Assembly: GCA_038064975.1 (NCBI GenBank)
Contig: JBBTRX010000002.1
Location: forward strand, 259,278 to 320,055
DNA: 60,778 nt
Reading direction: 5' to 3'
Source of the DNA: Patescibacteria group bacterium
Lineage (GTDB): Bacteria > Patescibacteriota > Minisyncoccia > UBA6257 > 1-14-0-10-40-38
Within the stretch, counting starts at the first letter, position 1; the number at the start of each line of letters is the position of its first letter. Below the pieces are notes generated by a model. That model made no database searches. It was not told the DNA's origin and saw only the letters and a program-made list of their open reading frames with translations. Of this stretch, positions 35,023-44,343 are shown one piece after another. Both the position numbers and the translations under genes were made by a program.

Positions 35023-35520
35023 ATGGTATATGGTAATGGGATGGAAATCGTCTGTATTTTAGATAACGTAAGAAGCGTGCATAACGTAGGGTCCATATTC
35101 CGCACGGCGGATGCCGCTCACGTGTCTAAGCTCTATCTTACGGGTATTACCCCGAAACCACATGACCGGTTGGGAATTGTTCGCGAACCATTCCGCAAAG
35201 TCGCGCTGGGGGCGGAGAAGAGCGTGGTATGGGAAAAAGTGCCCTCCGCGAGCCGCCTCATAACCAATTTGCGCAAGAATGGATTTCTTATTATTTCGGC
35301 CGAACAAAGCTCTCGTTCAGAGAACTATCGTGCGTATGCTAAAAAGGTTAAGCCCAAAAAAATAGCAATTATTTTCGGCAATGAGGTTTCCGGGGTTCCT
35401 GTAAGTATCCTTAAAAAGTCAGACAGGGTAGTGGAGATTCCGATGCGGGGCAAGAAGGAGTCGCTGAATATTGCCGTAGCTTTTGGTATTATAGTATTTG
35501 AGTTCCAAAACTATGCGTAA
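35023..35520 (+). CDS. SpoU/TrmH-family RNA 2'-O-methyltransferase
   Basis: LDNVRSVHNVGSIFRTADAA, IIFGNEVSGV and VEIPMRGKKESLNIAVAFGIIVFE (SPOUT motifs 1-3). The start could instead be ATG 35041. Confidence 0.8.
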   Translation: MVYGNGMEIVCILDNVRSVHNVGSIFRTADAAHVSKLYLTGITPKPHDRLGIVREPFRKVALGAEKSVVWEKVPSASRLITNLRKNGFLIISAEQSSRSENYRAYAKKVKPKKIAIIFGNEVSGVPVSILKKSDRVVEIPMRGKKESLNIAVAFGIIVFEFQNYA

Positions 35521-35971
35521 AGGACTACTTATAATCATCGCAGTCTTTATCGGTGGATATCTTTTTATTTCCGCTTTCCAAAACAATGACACAAATATGA
35601 AAGGCACGGGAGAAGTAACGGTGCGGTCTCAAATTTTTGCGGTAGAAATTGCGGACACCGTAGAAAAACAAGCCAAGGGGCTATCGGAACGCGACGCTTT
35701 GCCGGAAAATCGTGGCATGGTCTTTTTATTTACTGAGAAGGCAAGCTACCCTTTTTGGATGAAAGGCATGCGCTTCCCCTTGGATATTATTTGGATAAGC
35801 GATGGAAAGGTTGTTGGAGTGCATAAAAACCTTCCGCCGGACGATAGCGCTTTCCCTGAACTTTATTATCCCCCCGGTCCTATTGATACCGTCTTTGAAA
35901 TTAATGCTGGCATTGCTGAGGCGATTGGTATTCAAGAAGGAGACAAAGTTGAGATCCGCATTCCGCGATAA
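35513..35971 (+). CDS. DUF192 domain protein
   Basis: N-terminal TM, then GMVFLF...YPFWMKGMRFPLDIIWISDGKVVGV, typical of DUF192. ATG 35513 overlaps the upstream stop (ATGCGTAA). Confidence 0.75.
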   Translation: MRKGLLIIIAVFIGGYLFISAFQNNDTNMKGTGEVTVRSQIFAVEIADTVEKQAKGLSERDALPENRGMVFLFTEKASYPFWMKGMRFPLDIIWISDGKVVGVHKNLPPDDSAFPELYYPPGPIDTVFEINAGIAEAIGIQEGDKVEIRIPR

Positions 35972-35993
35972 GAGTGATATAATAAACAAACAC

Positions 35994-37010
35994 ATGACAC
36001 GAATCGCAATTAATGGTTTCGGAAGGATCGGAAGGATTTTTTTTCGTCAGGCGTATGTATTACCAGGTATTGAAATCGTAGCGATTAATGATTTAGGCGA
36101 TAAAGAAAATCTTGCGTACCTTCTCCAATACGACACGGTATATGGCAGGTTGGGAACCAAAGTTGATCTCGTGGACGGAAATCTCGTCGTTGCAGGGAAA
36201 ACAGTGCGATGTATACAAGAAAAGGATCCAACAAAGCTTCCGTGGAAAGATCTGGGTATTGATATTGTTGTTGAATCGTCAGGTGCTTTTACGGAATACG
36301 AGAAAGCGGGCATGCATCTTACTGCTGGCGCGAAACGCGTTGTAATCACAGCACCTGCAAAAGGCGGGGAGGGAACGCTTGGAAAAACGATTCTGATGGG
36401 CATTAATGATGGAGAGTTGAAAACAGTACAGCTTTCATCTAACGCATCCTGCACGACAAATGCCGCCTCTCCGGTGATTCAAATCCTCTCCGAAAATCCG
36501 GGAATTGAAAAAGCTATTTTAAATACCGTGCATGCTATAACCGCGACGCAGTCTGTAGTAGATAGTCCGGTTAAAGATCATGATATGCGTCGAGGCAGGG
36601 CCGCGGCGCATAATATTGTTCCTTCAACGACAGGGGCGGCGCTTGCCGTAACGCTTGCCGTAAAAGAGTTGGCAGGGAAGTTTGATGGCGTTGCAATGCG
36701 CGTCCCTGTGATCGCCGGGTCAGTTGCTGATATCACTTTTATTTCTAAACGAAATGTTACCGCTGAAGAAATCAATTCCATTCTCACTACCGCGGCAAAT
36801 GATCCTCGCTGGAAAGGAATTGTAAAAGTTACTAAGGATCAAATCGTTTCCTCAGACATCGTCGGCGAACCCTATGGAGCCGTCGTAGATCTTCAGTTTA
36901 CAAAAGTGGTTGACGGCAATCTCGTCAAAGTTCTCTCCTGGTACGATAATGAATGGGGATATGTTGCAACCCTTATGAAACACGTGGAAGCGGTAGCGAA
37001 ACTTTTATAA
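35994..37010 (+). CDS. gap: type I glyceraldehyde-3-phosphate dehydrogenase
   Basis: MTRIAINGFGRIGRIFFRQA, active-site SNASCTTNAASP and WYDNEWGY. The ORF-track N-terminal extension from 35802 overlaps the DUF192 gene and is not credible. Confidence 0.9.
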   Translation: MTRIAINGFGRIGRIFFRQAYVLPGIEIVAINDLGDKENLAYLLQYDTVYGRLGTKVDLVDGNLVVAGKTVRCIQEKDPTKLPWKDLGIDIVVESSGAFTEYEKAGMHLTAGAKRVVITAPAKGGEGTLGKTILMGINDGELKTVQLSSNASCTTNAASPVIQILSENPGIEKAILNTVHAITATQSVVDSPVKDHDMRRGRAAAHNIVPSTTGAALAVTLAVKELAGKFDGVAMRVPVIAGSVADITFISKRNVTAEEINSILTTAANDPRWKGIVKVTKDQIVSSDIVGEPYGAVVDLQFTKVVDGNLVKVLSWYDNEWGYVATLMKHVEAVAKLL

Positions 37011-37020
37011 ACTCAAAAAT

Positions 37021-37698
37021 ATGAATAATCGAAAAGGCATTACACTAATTAACATCATTTTTGTCGTTATTGGGATTTTAATCATCGGTGGGGGTGGATA
37101 TTATGTGTTAGGAGAACGGACAGTGAGTCCTTTAGATACTCCTCAAAATAGTGTTCCAGATGATTGGAAAACCTATTCTAATCCAAAATATTCAATTGAA
37201 TTTAAATATCCATTAATTGCGACTGCGACGGATATCATGGAGAAAGAACCACTGGGCAATTATGAATCAAGCTTTGTTCAATTTGTTCAACTTGGCATTA
37301 TGAGTTCGACTGGGCTTTCTTCTCAAGAAAATTGCAATCTTGATCCGTCATACCCAAGCTTTGTCCCTTGTCCTCCTGAGGAGGAAGATATTTTAAGGAT
37401 GGGCTTTGTTTCCGCAGATGAACTCCAGAAAGAAATTAAAATACTTACAGAATATAGCGAGCCTAATGGAGGAATTCAAGCGTTCATGCCGGTTAAAATT
37501 GCTGGAAAAGAAAGTTCTGTCTTTGGATTCGCACTACCTGGCGCCGGCATTGCTTATATTAAGTATTTTTTATTCGTTACCCCAGAAAGAGGATTTATTA
37601 TTACTCGATTTCTTGGTACTCGAAGTACAAATGCTAGTGAAAAAATGGATGTTCTAGTTCAGGATATTTTCGAAACTTTTAAATTCTCTGAAACATAA
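37021..37698 (+). CDS. hypothetical membrane-anchored/secreted protein
   Basis: N-terminal TM (ITLINIIFVVIGILIIGGGGYYVL). No recognised motif. Confidence 0.5.
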   Translation: MNNRKGITLINIIFVVIGILIIGGGGYYVLGERTVSPLDTPQNSVPDDWKTYSNPKYSIEFKYPLIATATDIMEKEPLGNYESSFVQFVQLGIMSSTGLSSQENCNLDPSYPSFVPCPPEEEDILRMGFVSADELQKEIKILTEYSEPNGGIQAFMPVKIAGKESSVFGFALPGAGIAYIKYFLFVTPERGFIITRFLGTRSTNASEKMDVLVQDIFETFKFSET

Positions 37699-37773
37699 TT
37701 ATAATTTCGACACTTTAAATTATATTTAGTAAGAGCTCTACCTTCTTCCTCTTCTTTGCGCTAAGGTGGTCTT

Positions 37774-38793
37774 GTGCGATTTATACGAACAATTCTCGTT
37801 ATAGTGCTCCTTGGGGTGAGTTTCATGGGCGGAGCGACTGTGCGTGGTCTTCATGATGCTTTGCGTAATGCAACGGCTGATTTAGGGAACGCCGTAGCGG
37901 ATACTCTCCGCGAACTTCCCGGCTACACCCTAGCCCCTACGCCCTATACCCTCCTCTTCGTAGGCGACATTATGCTCTCTCGTGCGGTTGGAAGGATTAT
38001 GGAAAAACAGGATGATTATCTTTTTTCTTTCCGGCATATTGCGGACGAAATCAAATCCGCGGATATTGCGTTTGGAAATTTAGAAAATCCAATCTCGGGT
38101 CGTGGAAAAAATCAGGGAAGTATCTATTCATTTCGTGCCGATCCGCGCACGGTAGAAGGTTTGGAATTCGCGGGCTTTGACGTACTCTCGCTTGCTAATA
38201 ATCATATGTGGGATTGGGGAGCGGACGCGCTTCAAGATACTGTTACTCTACTTACAACAAATAACATCCAATCTGTGGGAGCAGGGATAGATTATGCTCA
38301 TGCGAATAATCCTGTATTTTTACAAGCAGACAATACTCGGGTAGCATTTCTTGCGTATACCAATCTTCTTCCGAAATCTTTAAACGCGACTTTGGAAAGT
38401 CCTGGATTAAGTGATTTTAATCTGGAAAAAATAAAACAAACCATAGCGCAAATCCGAGCGCAGGCGGATATTATTGTGATTTCTCTCCATTGGGGCGAGG
38501 AATATGAAACTTCAGCGAATGATGAACAAAAGGAAATTGCCCATGCCCTTATTGATGCTGGAGCAGATATTATCGCGGGGCATCATTCCCATGTAGTACA
38601 GGAGCTGGAGCACTATCGGGGCGGTGTTATCGCCTACAGTCTCGGAAACTTTGTGTTCGATCAGTATTTTAGAAAGGACACCATGCAGGGAGCGATGCTC
38701 AAAGTTATAGTAGAAAATAAGAAAGTGACCGCCGCGGAACTTGTACCCGTGATTTTGAACCAATCTTTTCAACCAGGCATTCCTGCGTCATAA
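37774..38793 (+). CDS. CapA-family (PGA_cap) metallophosphatase-fold protein
   Basis: LLFVGDIMLSR, ADIAFGNLENPIS, SLANNHMWDWG, VISLHWGEEY and IIAGHHSHVVQ match CapA/PGA_cap. Has a GTG start and an N-terminal signal/anchor. Confidence 0.8.
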   Translation: MRFIRTILVIVLLGVSFMGGATVRGLHDALRNATADLGNAVADTLRELPGYTLAPTPYTLLFVGDIMLSRAVGRIMEKQDDYLFSFRHIADEIKSADIAFGNLENPISGRGKNQGSIYSFRADPRTVEGLEFAGFDVLSLANNHMWDWGADALQDTVTLLTTNNIQSVGAGIDYAHANNPVFLQADNTRVAFLAYTNLLPKSLNATLESPGLSDFNLEKIKQTIAQIRAQADIIVISLHWGEEYETSANDEQKEIAHALIDAGADIIAGHHSHVVQELEHYRGGVIAYSLGNFVFDQYFRKDTMQGAMLKVIVENKKVTAAELVPVILNQSFQPGIPAS

Positions 38794-38800
38794 TAGGAAT

Positions 38801-39244
38801 ATGAAGATCTACCTCGCAACTGATCACGCAGGATTTGAACTAAAGGAAAAAATCAAAAAAATATTGGATGACGAAAGATACGAGGTCCACGATTGTGGAG
38901 CCTTATCGCATGAGGAGGGAGATGATTATCCTGATTTCATTAAGAAAGCTGCGGAGGCGGTATCACGCGATCCGGAAAATGCGAAAGCAATTATTTTTGG
39001 CGGAACAGGACAAGGGGAAGCAATCGTTGCAAATCGTTTCCCTCATGTGCGGGCAATTGTTTTCTATGGAGGGCTGGAAACAATCCTTCAACTCTCTCGT
39101 GAACATAATGATGCAAACGTCTTATCACTAGGTGCCCGCTTTTTAACTCCTGATGGCGCGGAACGCGCGATTAAGCTTTGGCTCGAAACTCCTTTCTCCC
39201 GCGAAGATCGCCACAGACGGAGAATCGAAAAAATCGAAAAGTAA
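38801..39244 (+). CDS. rpiB: ribose-5-phosphate isomerase B
   Basis: MKIYLATDHAGFELKEKIKK and GTGQGEAIVANRFPHVRA match the RpiB/LacAB family. Confidence 0.85.
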   Translation: MKIYLATDHAGFELKEKIKKILDDERYEVHDCGALSHEEGDDYPDFIKKAAEAVSRDPENAKAIIFGGTGQGEAIVANRFPHVRAIVFYGGLETILQLSREHNDANVLSLGARFLTPDGAERAIKLWLETPFSREDRHRRRIEKIEK

Positions 39245-39300
39245 GACTTTAAAATATCGCCCACAATGTGAGGCGATATTTATATTGTATACTTAGTACT

Positions 39301-39948
39301 ATGCAAGTTATTCCTGCCATCAATGCAGCTTCGTACGAAGAAGCGAAAGAACATCTCCAAAAAATCGCGCGTACGGGAGCGCAAATGATTCATATTGATA
39401 TCGTTGACGGCAAATTCGCGCCGAATGTTACGTGGGGAAGCCCCGAGGAACTGAATCGCCTTTTTGCTGAAATCGGATTTCATCCGAATTTTGAATTACA
39501 TCTCATGACAGAAAATACCGAGCGCAGTTTGGAAACGTGGTGCTCGGTTCATCCTCATCGCGTCATTGTACACGCGGAAGGATTAAGTGATGTCCGTTTC
39601 GCGGCGAATGCGTGCAACGGATGCGATGCAGAACTTATGATCGCAATCCGCCCGGGAACGCCCGTTGAGGTATTGATGAGTTTCGGCGAGATGACGAATG
39701 CGTTTCAAGTACTTGCTGTTGATCCCGGAAAGGCTGGGCAAAAATTTCAGGAAGGAGTTATTCACAAAATTGAAACGTTACGAAAGCAGTATCCCGGTGC
39801 TATAATTGAAGTAGATGGAGGCATTACGCCCGATATTGCTCGGCGTTGCAAAAGTGCCGGAGCGAATAATTTTGTTTCTGCGTCGTTCATTATGAATCAT
39901 AGCGATCCGAAGGTCGCGTATGAAACCTTACTCGCTACGATCGGATAA
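39301..39948 (+). CDS. rpe: ribulose-phosphate 3-epimerase (divergent)
   Basis: VIPAINAASY, MIHIDIVDGKFAPNVTWG, ELHLM and IEVDGGIT follow the Rpe TIM-barrel pattern. ATG 39301 is preferred over the GTG at 39268. Confidence 0.7.
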   Translation: MQVIPAINAASYEEAKEHLQKIARTGAQMIHIDIVDGKFAPNVTWGSPEELNRLFAEIGFHPNFELHLMTENTERSLETWCSVHPHRVIVHAEGLSDVRFAANACNGCDAELMIAIRPGTPVEVLMSFGEMTNAFQVLAVDPGKAGQKFQEGVIHKIETLRKQYPGAIIEVDGGITPDIARRCKSAGANNFVSASFIMNHSDPKVAYETLLATIG

Positions 39949-39958
39949 ATCACTGTGT

Positions 39959-40822
39959 ATGATAGAAGTACTTCACGACGAAAAAGTAAAATTTCTGGAA
40001 GAGAAAGCGAACGAAATCCGCCAGGATATTATTGCGATGCTCGTTGAAGCCGGATCGGGCCATTCAGCCGGACCGTTGGGTATGGCGGATGTTTTTACGG
40101 CATTGTATTTTCATGTTTTGAATCACAATCCGCAGAATCCCGAGTGGCCGGATAGAGATCGTCTCGTTCTTTCTAACGGACACATTTGCCCAGTGCTCTA
40201 TGTTACGCTCGCGCACGCAGGATATTTCCCTACGTCAGAATTAAAAACGTTGCGTAAGTTTGGCACACGGCTCCAAGGGCATCCGCACCGAGGAGCTTTG
40301 CCTGGAATAGAAACAACTTCCGGTCCCTTAGGATCTGGTCTTTCCCAATCCGCGGGTATGGCGCTTGCCGCACGCATGGACAATAAAAAGCATCGCATCT
40401 ATTGTTTAACCTCTGACGGAGAACACGATGCGGGGAATATTTGGGAAGCAGTAATGTTCGCCGGCAAATATCGGCTGAATAATCTGATTCAGATTATGGA
40501 TCGTAATAACATTCAAATTGATGGCTATACGGAAGACATTATGCCGCTCGAGCCATTGCGCGCGAAATACGAAGCTTTTAATTGGAATGTTATTGATGTT
40601 GATGGTCACAACGTCCGCGACATCGTTTCTGCGGCGCACGAAGCGAAAGCAATTTACGAAAAGCCAACGCTCGTAATTGCACACACAATTCCCGGGAAGG
40701 GAGTAAGTTTTATGGAATCAGATTATACTTGGCATGGGAAGCCGCCCAATGCTGAAGAGGCGAAAAAAGCGCTTGTAGAATTAAGAACGCTTGCCGGAAG
40801 AATAAAGTCGGAGCATGAATAG
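39959..40822 (+). CDS. transketolase, N-terminal (thiamine-diphosphate-binding) subunit
   Basis: GSGHSAGPLGMADVFTALYF, LSNGHICPVLY, GPLGSGLSQSAGMA and LTSDGEHDAGNIWEA are split-type transketolase N-subunit motifs. Confidence 0.9.
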   Translation: MIEVLHDEKVKFLEEKANEIRQDIIAMLVEAGSGHSAGPLGMADVFTALYFHVLNHNPQNPEWPDRDRLVLSNGHICPVLYVTLAHAGYFPTSELKTLRKFGTRLQGHPHRGALPGIETTSGPLGSGLSQSAGMALAARMDNKKHRIYCLTSDGEHDAGNIWEAVMFAGKYRLNNLIQIMDRNNIQIDGYTEDIMPLEPLRAKYEAFNWNVIDVDGHNVRDIVSAAHEAKAIYEKPTLVIAHTIPGKGVSFMESDYTWHGKPPNAEEAKKALVELRTLAGRIKSEHE

Positions 40823-40882
40823 GGTATACTATAGATAGTCCACTTCACAGATTCATCACTTCATTGATTTATCATTAATTAC

Positions 40883-41809
40883 ATGAAAAGCACACCAAAA
40901 GACGTATTTCTCCATCTGCTTGCGATTATCACACTGTATGTTTCGGCGGTGAGCCTTCTCATACTTCTTTTTCAATATATTAACGTTGCGTTTCCTGACG
41001 CGCTCAATTCCTACAGGGACTATGGTGGAATGATCCGTTCGGCGCTTGCCGCGCTGATTATTGTATTCCCGGTATTCTTCTGGGTTTCTACACTACTTGA
41101 ACGGGAACGTACGAAGAATCCTGAGCGCGCAAATCTCTGGATTCGCCGCTGGCTCATTTCATTTACATTATTTGTTGCAGCTCTCGCCATCATCGGAGAC
41201 TTAATAACCCTGATTAGATTCTTTCTGGAAGGAGAAATTACGATCCGTTTTATTCTAAAAGTACTCGCGGTCTTCGCGGTTGCCGGATCTATCTTTGGAT
41301 ATTATCTTGCGGATTTTCGTAGGCAAGGTTCTGCTGCGATGCCGGCTCGGTCTAAAATGCTGGTATGGATTGCTACGGGAGGAGTGTGCCTTGCTATCAT
41401 CTCCGGATTTTTTGTCGCAGGGTCCCCGTTTCGCCAGCGCGAAATTAGGTTTGACCAAACAAGAGTTGCTAACTTACAGGAGATTCAATGGAGAATCGTG
41501 AATTACTGGCAACAAAAAGATGTTTTGCCAAAAACCCTTGCTGATTTAGAGGACAGCATTTCAGGATTCATCGTTCCACAGGATCCGGAGACAGGACTGC
41601 CGTATGAATATAACGTCCAAGGAGCGCTCTCGTTTGAACTCTGTGCGGACTTTCTGCGACCTGCCACCGATGCGGTTATAGGTCGTTCAACTCCTTTTCC
41701 TGCAGTGCCGGGCGAAGGTTTGGACACATGGAATCATCCCGCTGGATACTTTTGTTTTGAACGGACGATTGACCCGGATTTATACGGAAATCCTCCTCAA
41801 AAATTATAA
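40883..41809 (+). CDS. DUF5671-family membrane protein
   Basis: N-terminal KDVFLHLLAIITLYVSAVSLLILLFQYINVAFPD and a 5-6 TM core, typical of the DUF5671 proteins common in CPR. C-terminal soluble domain. Confidence 0.65.
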   Translation: MKSTPKDVFLHLLAIITLYVSAVSLLILLFQYINVAFPDALNSYRDYGGMIRSALAALIIVFPVFFWVSTLLERERTKNPERANLWIRRWLISFTLFVAALAIIGDLITLIRFFLEGEITIRFILKVLAVFAVAGSIFGYYLADFRRQGSAAMPARSKMLVWIATGGVCLAIISGFFVAGSPFRQREIRFDQTRVANLQEIQWRIVNYWQQKDVLPKTLADLEDSISGFIVPQDPETGLPYEYNVQGALSFELCADFLRPATDAVIGRSTPFPAVPGEGLDTWNHPAGYFCFERTIDPDLYGNPPQKL

Positions 41810-41863
41810 CAAGGTCGCAGTAGCACATTTATAATCCTAATATTCTAAATTTCGTAATTGTTT

Positions 41864-42127
41864 ATGGCTAAGAAAACCGTGAAGCATCCTCCGTGCGGAT
41901 GGAGTTGTGGGTGTTGGAACGCGTTTGGCATGGTGTTGTGGGTTGCAGCTTTTGTCTCACTTGTCTTTGCATGGCTTTCGGGGAATGGGGAAATGATTTT
42001 TGGTTTTGATGAAGGGGAATGGTTCGGGAACGCTCTCATTTTAGGAATTCTCGCGATTCCGTTACAACTCAAAGCAACGGCAGCATGTAGTGGAATTTGT
42101 TTTCCAGAAATGGAAAGAAAGGAATAG
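41864..42127 (+). CDS. hypothetical Cys-rich small membrane protein
   Basis: MAKKTVKHPPCGWSCGCWNAF..., two TM segments, and a C-terminal CSGICF. ATG 41864 is preferred over TTG 41858. Confidence 0.45.
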   Translation: MAKKTVKHPPCGWSCGCWNAFGMVLWVAAFVSLVFAWLSGNGEMIFGFDEGEWFGNALILGILAIPLQLKATAACSGICFPEMERKE

Positions 42128-42150
42128 GGTTTAGGGTATAGCCACTAGGT
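42125..42150 (+). repeat. dispersed intergenic repeat R1, copy b
   Basis: TAGGGTTTAGGGTATAGCCACTAGGT; see copy a at 31591. It begins at the stop codon of the preceding small gene. Confidence 0.65.
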
Positions 42151-42247
42151 GCTAGGGTTAAAGAGTGGACAGTTAATGAGTTAAACAGTTTATTCAATTA
42201 TCCTCTGTTGTTAGTTATATGTTGTAAGTAGTTAAGTAATCTCAGAC

Positions 42248-43240
42248 ATGTTGCATCCTGATTCACGATTAAATACGCATATCTTTGATGACGATGTTGA
42301 GCAGGTCCCCGTCCGTAACGGATACGGCGAGGGCTTGCTTCTTGCCGGTGAGGAAAATGAAAATGTCGTAGTGCTCTGTGCTGATCTTACGGAATCAACG
42401 CGCTCCGAAGGATTCGCAAAAAAGTTTCCCAAACGTTTCGTTGAAATGGGAGTCGCGGAACAGAATCTTGCCACTGTCGCTGCCGGGATGGCGATGAGTG
42501 GCAAGGTCCCATTTATTTCTTCATATGCTTCTTTTTCTCCGGGTAGAAATTGGGAGCAAATCCGTACTACTGCGGCATATAATAATGCGAACGTTAAAAT
42601 CGCGGGTGCACATGCGGGTATTTCCGTTGGACCCGATGGAGCAACGCATCAGGCGGTTGAAGACGTTGCTATCATGCGCGTAATTGCCGGCATGAAAGTA
42701 TTTGTTCCGTGCGACGTCCATGAAGCCCGAAAGGCAACAGCTACCGCGGCAAAGATTTTGGGTCCGGTATATATGCGCTTTGCGCGGGAGAAAACTCCAG
42801 TGATCACGACGCGAGAAACACCTTTTGTTCCAGGTAAGGCAATCTTGCTCTGGCAGGGCAAAAAACCTGAATGTCTTATTGTAGGAGCAGGTCCTTTGCT
42901 CTACCAAGCACTCAAAGCTGCGCATGCACTGGAAGAAGAAGGTCTAAGTGTTGTGGTTCTCAATATGCATACAATAAAGCCGCTTGATGAAGAGAAGCTA
43001 GTTCAATTCGCAAAAAAATGCGGAGCGGTTGTTACGGTGGAGGAGCATCAAGTGTTGGGTGGGCTTGGCGGAGCAGTTGCAGAACTCTTAGGTAAGAAGT
43101 GTCCTGTCCCTATTGAATACATCGGCATGCAGGACACCTTCGGAGAATCGGGCCAGCCTGCAGAACTTATCATAAAGTATGGAATGGATACGAAAGATAT
43201 TATGCGCGCAGTAAAACGCGCAGTGAAAAGAAAAGAGTAG
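42248..43240 (+). CDS. transketolase, C-terminal (pyrimidine-binding plus C-terminal domain) subunit
   Basis: NGYGEGLLLAGEENENVVVLCADLTESTRSEGFAKKFPKRFVEMGVAEQNLATVAAGMA and GATHQAVEDVAIMRVIAGM. Confidence 0.9.
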   Translation: MLHPDSRLNTHIFDDDVEQVPVRNGYGEGLLLAGEENENVVVLCADLTESTRSEGFAKKFPKRFVEMGVAEQNLATVAAGMAMSGKVPFISSYASFSPGRNWEQIRTTAAYNNANVKIAGAHAGISVGPDGATHQAVEDVAIMRVIAGMKVFVPCDVHEARKATATAAKILGPVYMRFAREKTPVITTRETPFVPGKAILLWQGKKPECLIVGAGPLLYQALKAAHALEEEGLSVVVLNMHTIKPLDEEKLVQFAKKCGAVVTVEEHQVLGGLGGAVAELLGKKCPVPIEYIGMQDTFGESGQPAELIIKYGMDTKDIMRAVKRAVKRKE

Positions 43241-43242
43241 CT

Positions 43243-43275
43243 AGTATTTAGAAACTAGTATCTAGAAATTAGTAG
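43243..43275 (+). repeat. dispersed intergenic repeat R2, copy b
   Basis: AGTATTTAGAAACTAGTATCTAGAAATTAGTAG. Matches the reverse complement of 31631-31663 at 31 of 33 positions. Confidence 0.75.
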
Positions 43276-43306
43276 AATTGAAAATTTAAAATTGATAATT
43301 GGAAAT

Positions 43307-43334
43307 CATTGTTTATTGTCCATTGTTTATTGTT
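43307..43334 (+). repeat. 14-nt tandem direct repeat CATTGTTTATTGT(C/T) x2 upstream of the pfkB-family kinase
   Basis: Copies at 43307-43320 and 43321-43334 differ only at the last base. They lie 18 nt upstream of ATG 43352. Confidence 0.7.
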
Positions 43335-43351
43335 TGCTGTATATTTATAGT

Positions 43352-44338
43352 ATGGATCATGATTTTCTCGCAATTGGAGACACGGTCACTGATGCTTTTA
43401 TTAAATTAAATACGGATGCCGCGCATGTTGATATTGATCGCGGAACACGGGAGATTTGCATGCGCTTCGCGGACAAGATTCCGTACGAAGATGTTTTTAT
43501 TATTCCTGCAGTAGGTAATAGCGCGAATGCCGCAGTTGCTGCCGCCCGCCTGGGACTTAAAAGCGCTCTTGTTACGAATATTGGTGATGATGTTTTCGGC
43601 AGAGAATGTTTGGAGACGCTTCGGGGAGAGCGCATAGCAACTGATTTCGTAAGAATTCATAACGGCAAAAAAACGAATTATCACTATGTGTTGTGGTTTG
43701 AAGACGATCGGACAATTCTCGTGAAGCATCAAGCGTACGACTATGCATTGCCGAATATCGGGAATCCACGATGGATATATTTATCATCGCTCGGAGAAGC
43801 GGCGGAAGGGCTGTATGACAAAATCGCCGACTACGTAGAGTCGCATTCCGACACCAAGCTCGCGTTCCAGCCAGGAACATTTCAAATGAAATTAGGCGTA
43901 AATCGTTTGAAACGTATTTATGCCCGTACTGACATATTTTTCTGCAACAAAGAAGAATCGCAGAGGATTTTAAATACCACCGATCAAGATATTAAAGTGC
44001 TACTAGGTGGTATTCGAGCGTTAGGACCGAAAACGGTAATCATTACTGATGGACCAAAAGGCGCATATGCTTACGAAGGTGAGGAAATGTTTTTCATGCG
44101 GAGTTATCCCGATCCTAAGCCCCCATTGGAACGCACAGGAGCGGGAGATTCCTTCTCTTCAACAGTTGTTGCCGCGCTTGCGATGCGCATGCCCCTTAGC
44201 GAGGCATTGCGGTGGGGACCGGTTAATTCTATGTCGGTCGTGCAATATGTTGGTGCGAGAGAGGGGCTCTTTACTCGGGAGCAAATTGAAGAACATCTCA
44301 AATGGGCGCCCAAAGATTATTACCCGACTAAAATATAA
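43352..44338 (+). CDS. PfkB-family carbohydrate kinase (ribokinase superfamily)
   Basis: DFLAIGDTVTDAF, GNSANAAVAAARLG and the C-terminal anion-hole motif TGAGDSFSSTVVAAL. ATG 43352 is preferred over the ORF-track start 43292. Confidence 0.8.
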   Translation: MDHDFLAIGDTVTDAFIKLNTDAAHVDIDRGTREICMRFADKIPYEDVFIIPAVGNSANAAVAAARLGLKSALVTNIGDDVFGRECLETLRGERIATDFVRIHNGKKTNYHYVLWFEDDRTILVKHQAYDYALPNIGNPRWIYLSSLGEAAEGLYDKIADYVESHSDTKLAFQPGTFQMKLGVNRLKRIYARTDIFFCNKEESQRILNTTDQDIKVLLGGIRALGPKTVIITDGPKGAYAYEGEEMFFMRSYPDPKPPLERTGAGDSFSSTVVAALAMRMPLSEALRWGPVNSMSVVQYVGAREGLFTREQIEEHLKWAPKDYYPTKI

Positions 44339-44343
44339 CTATC

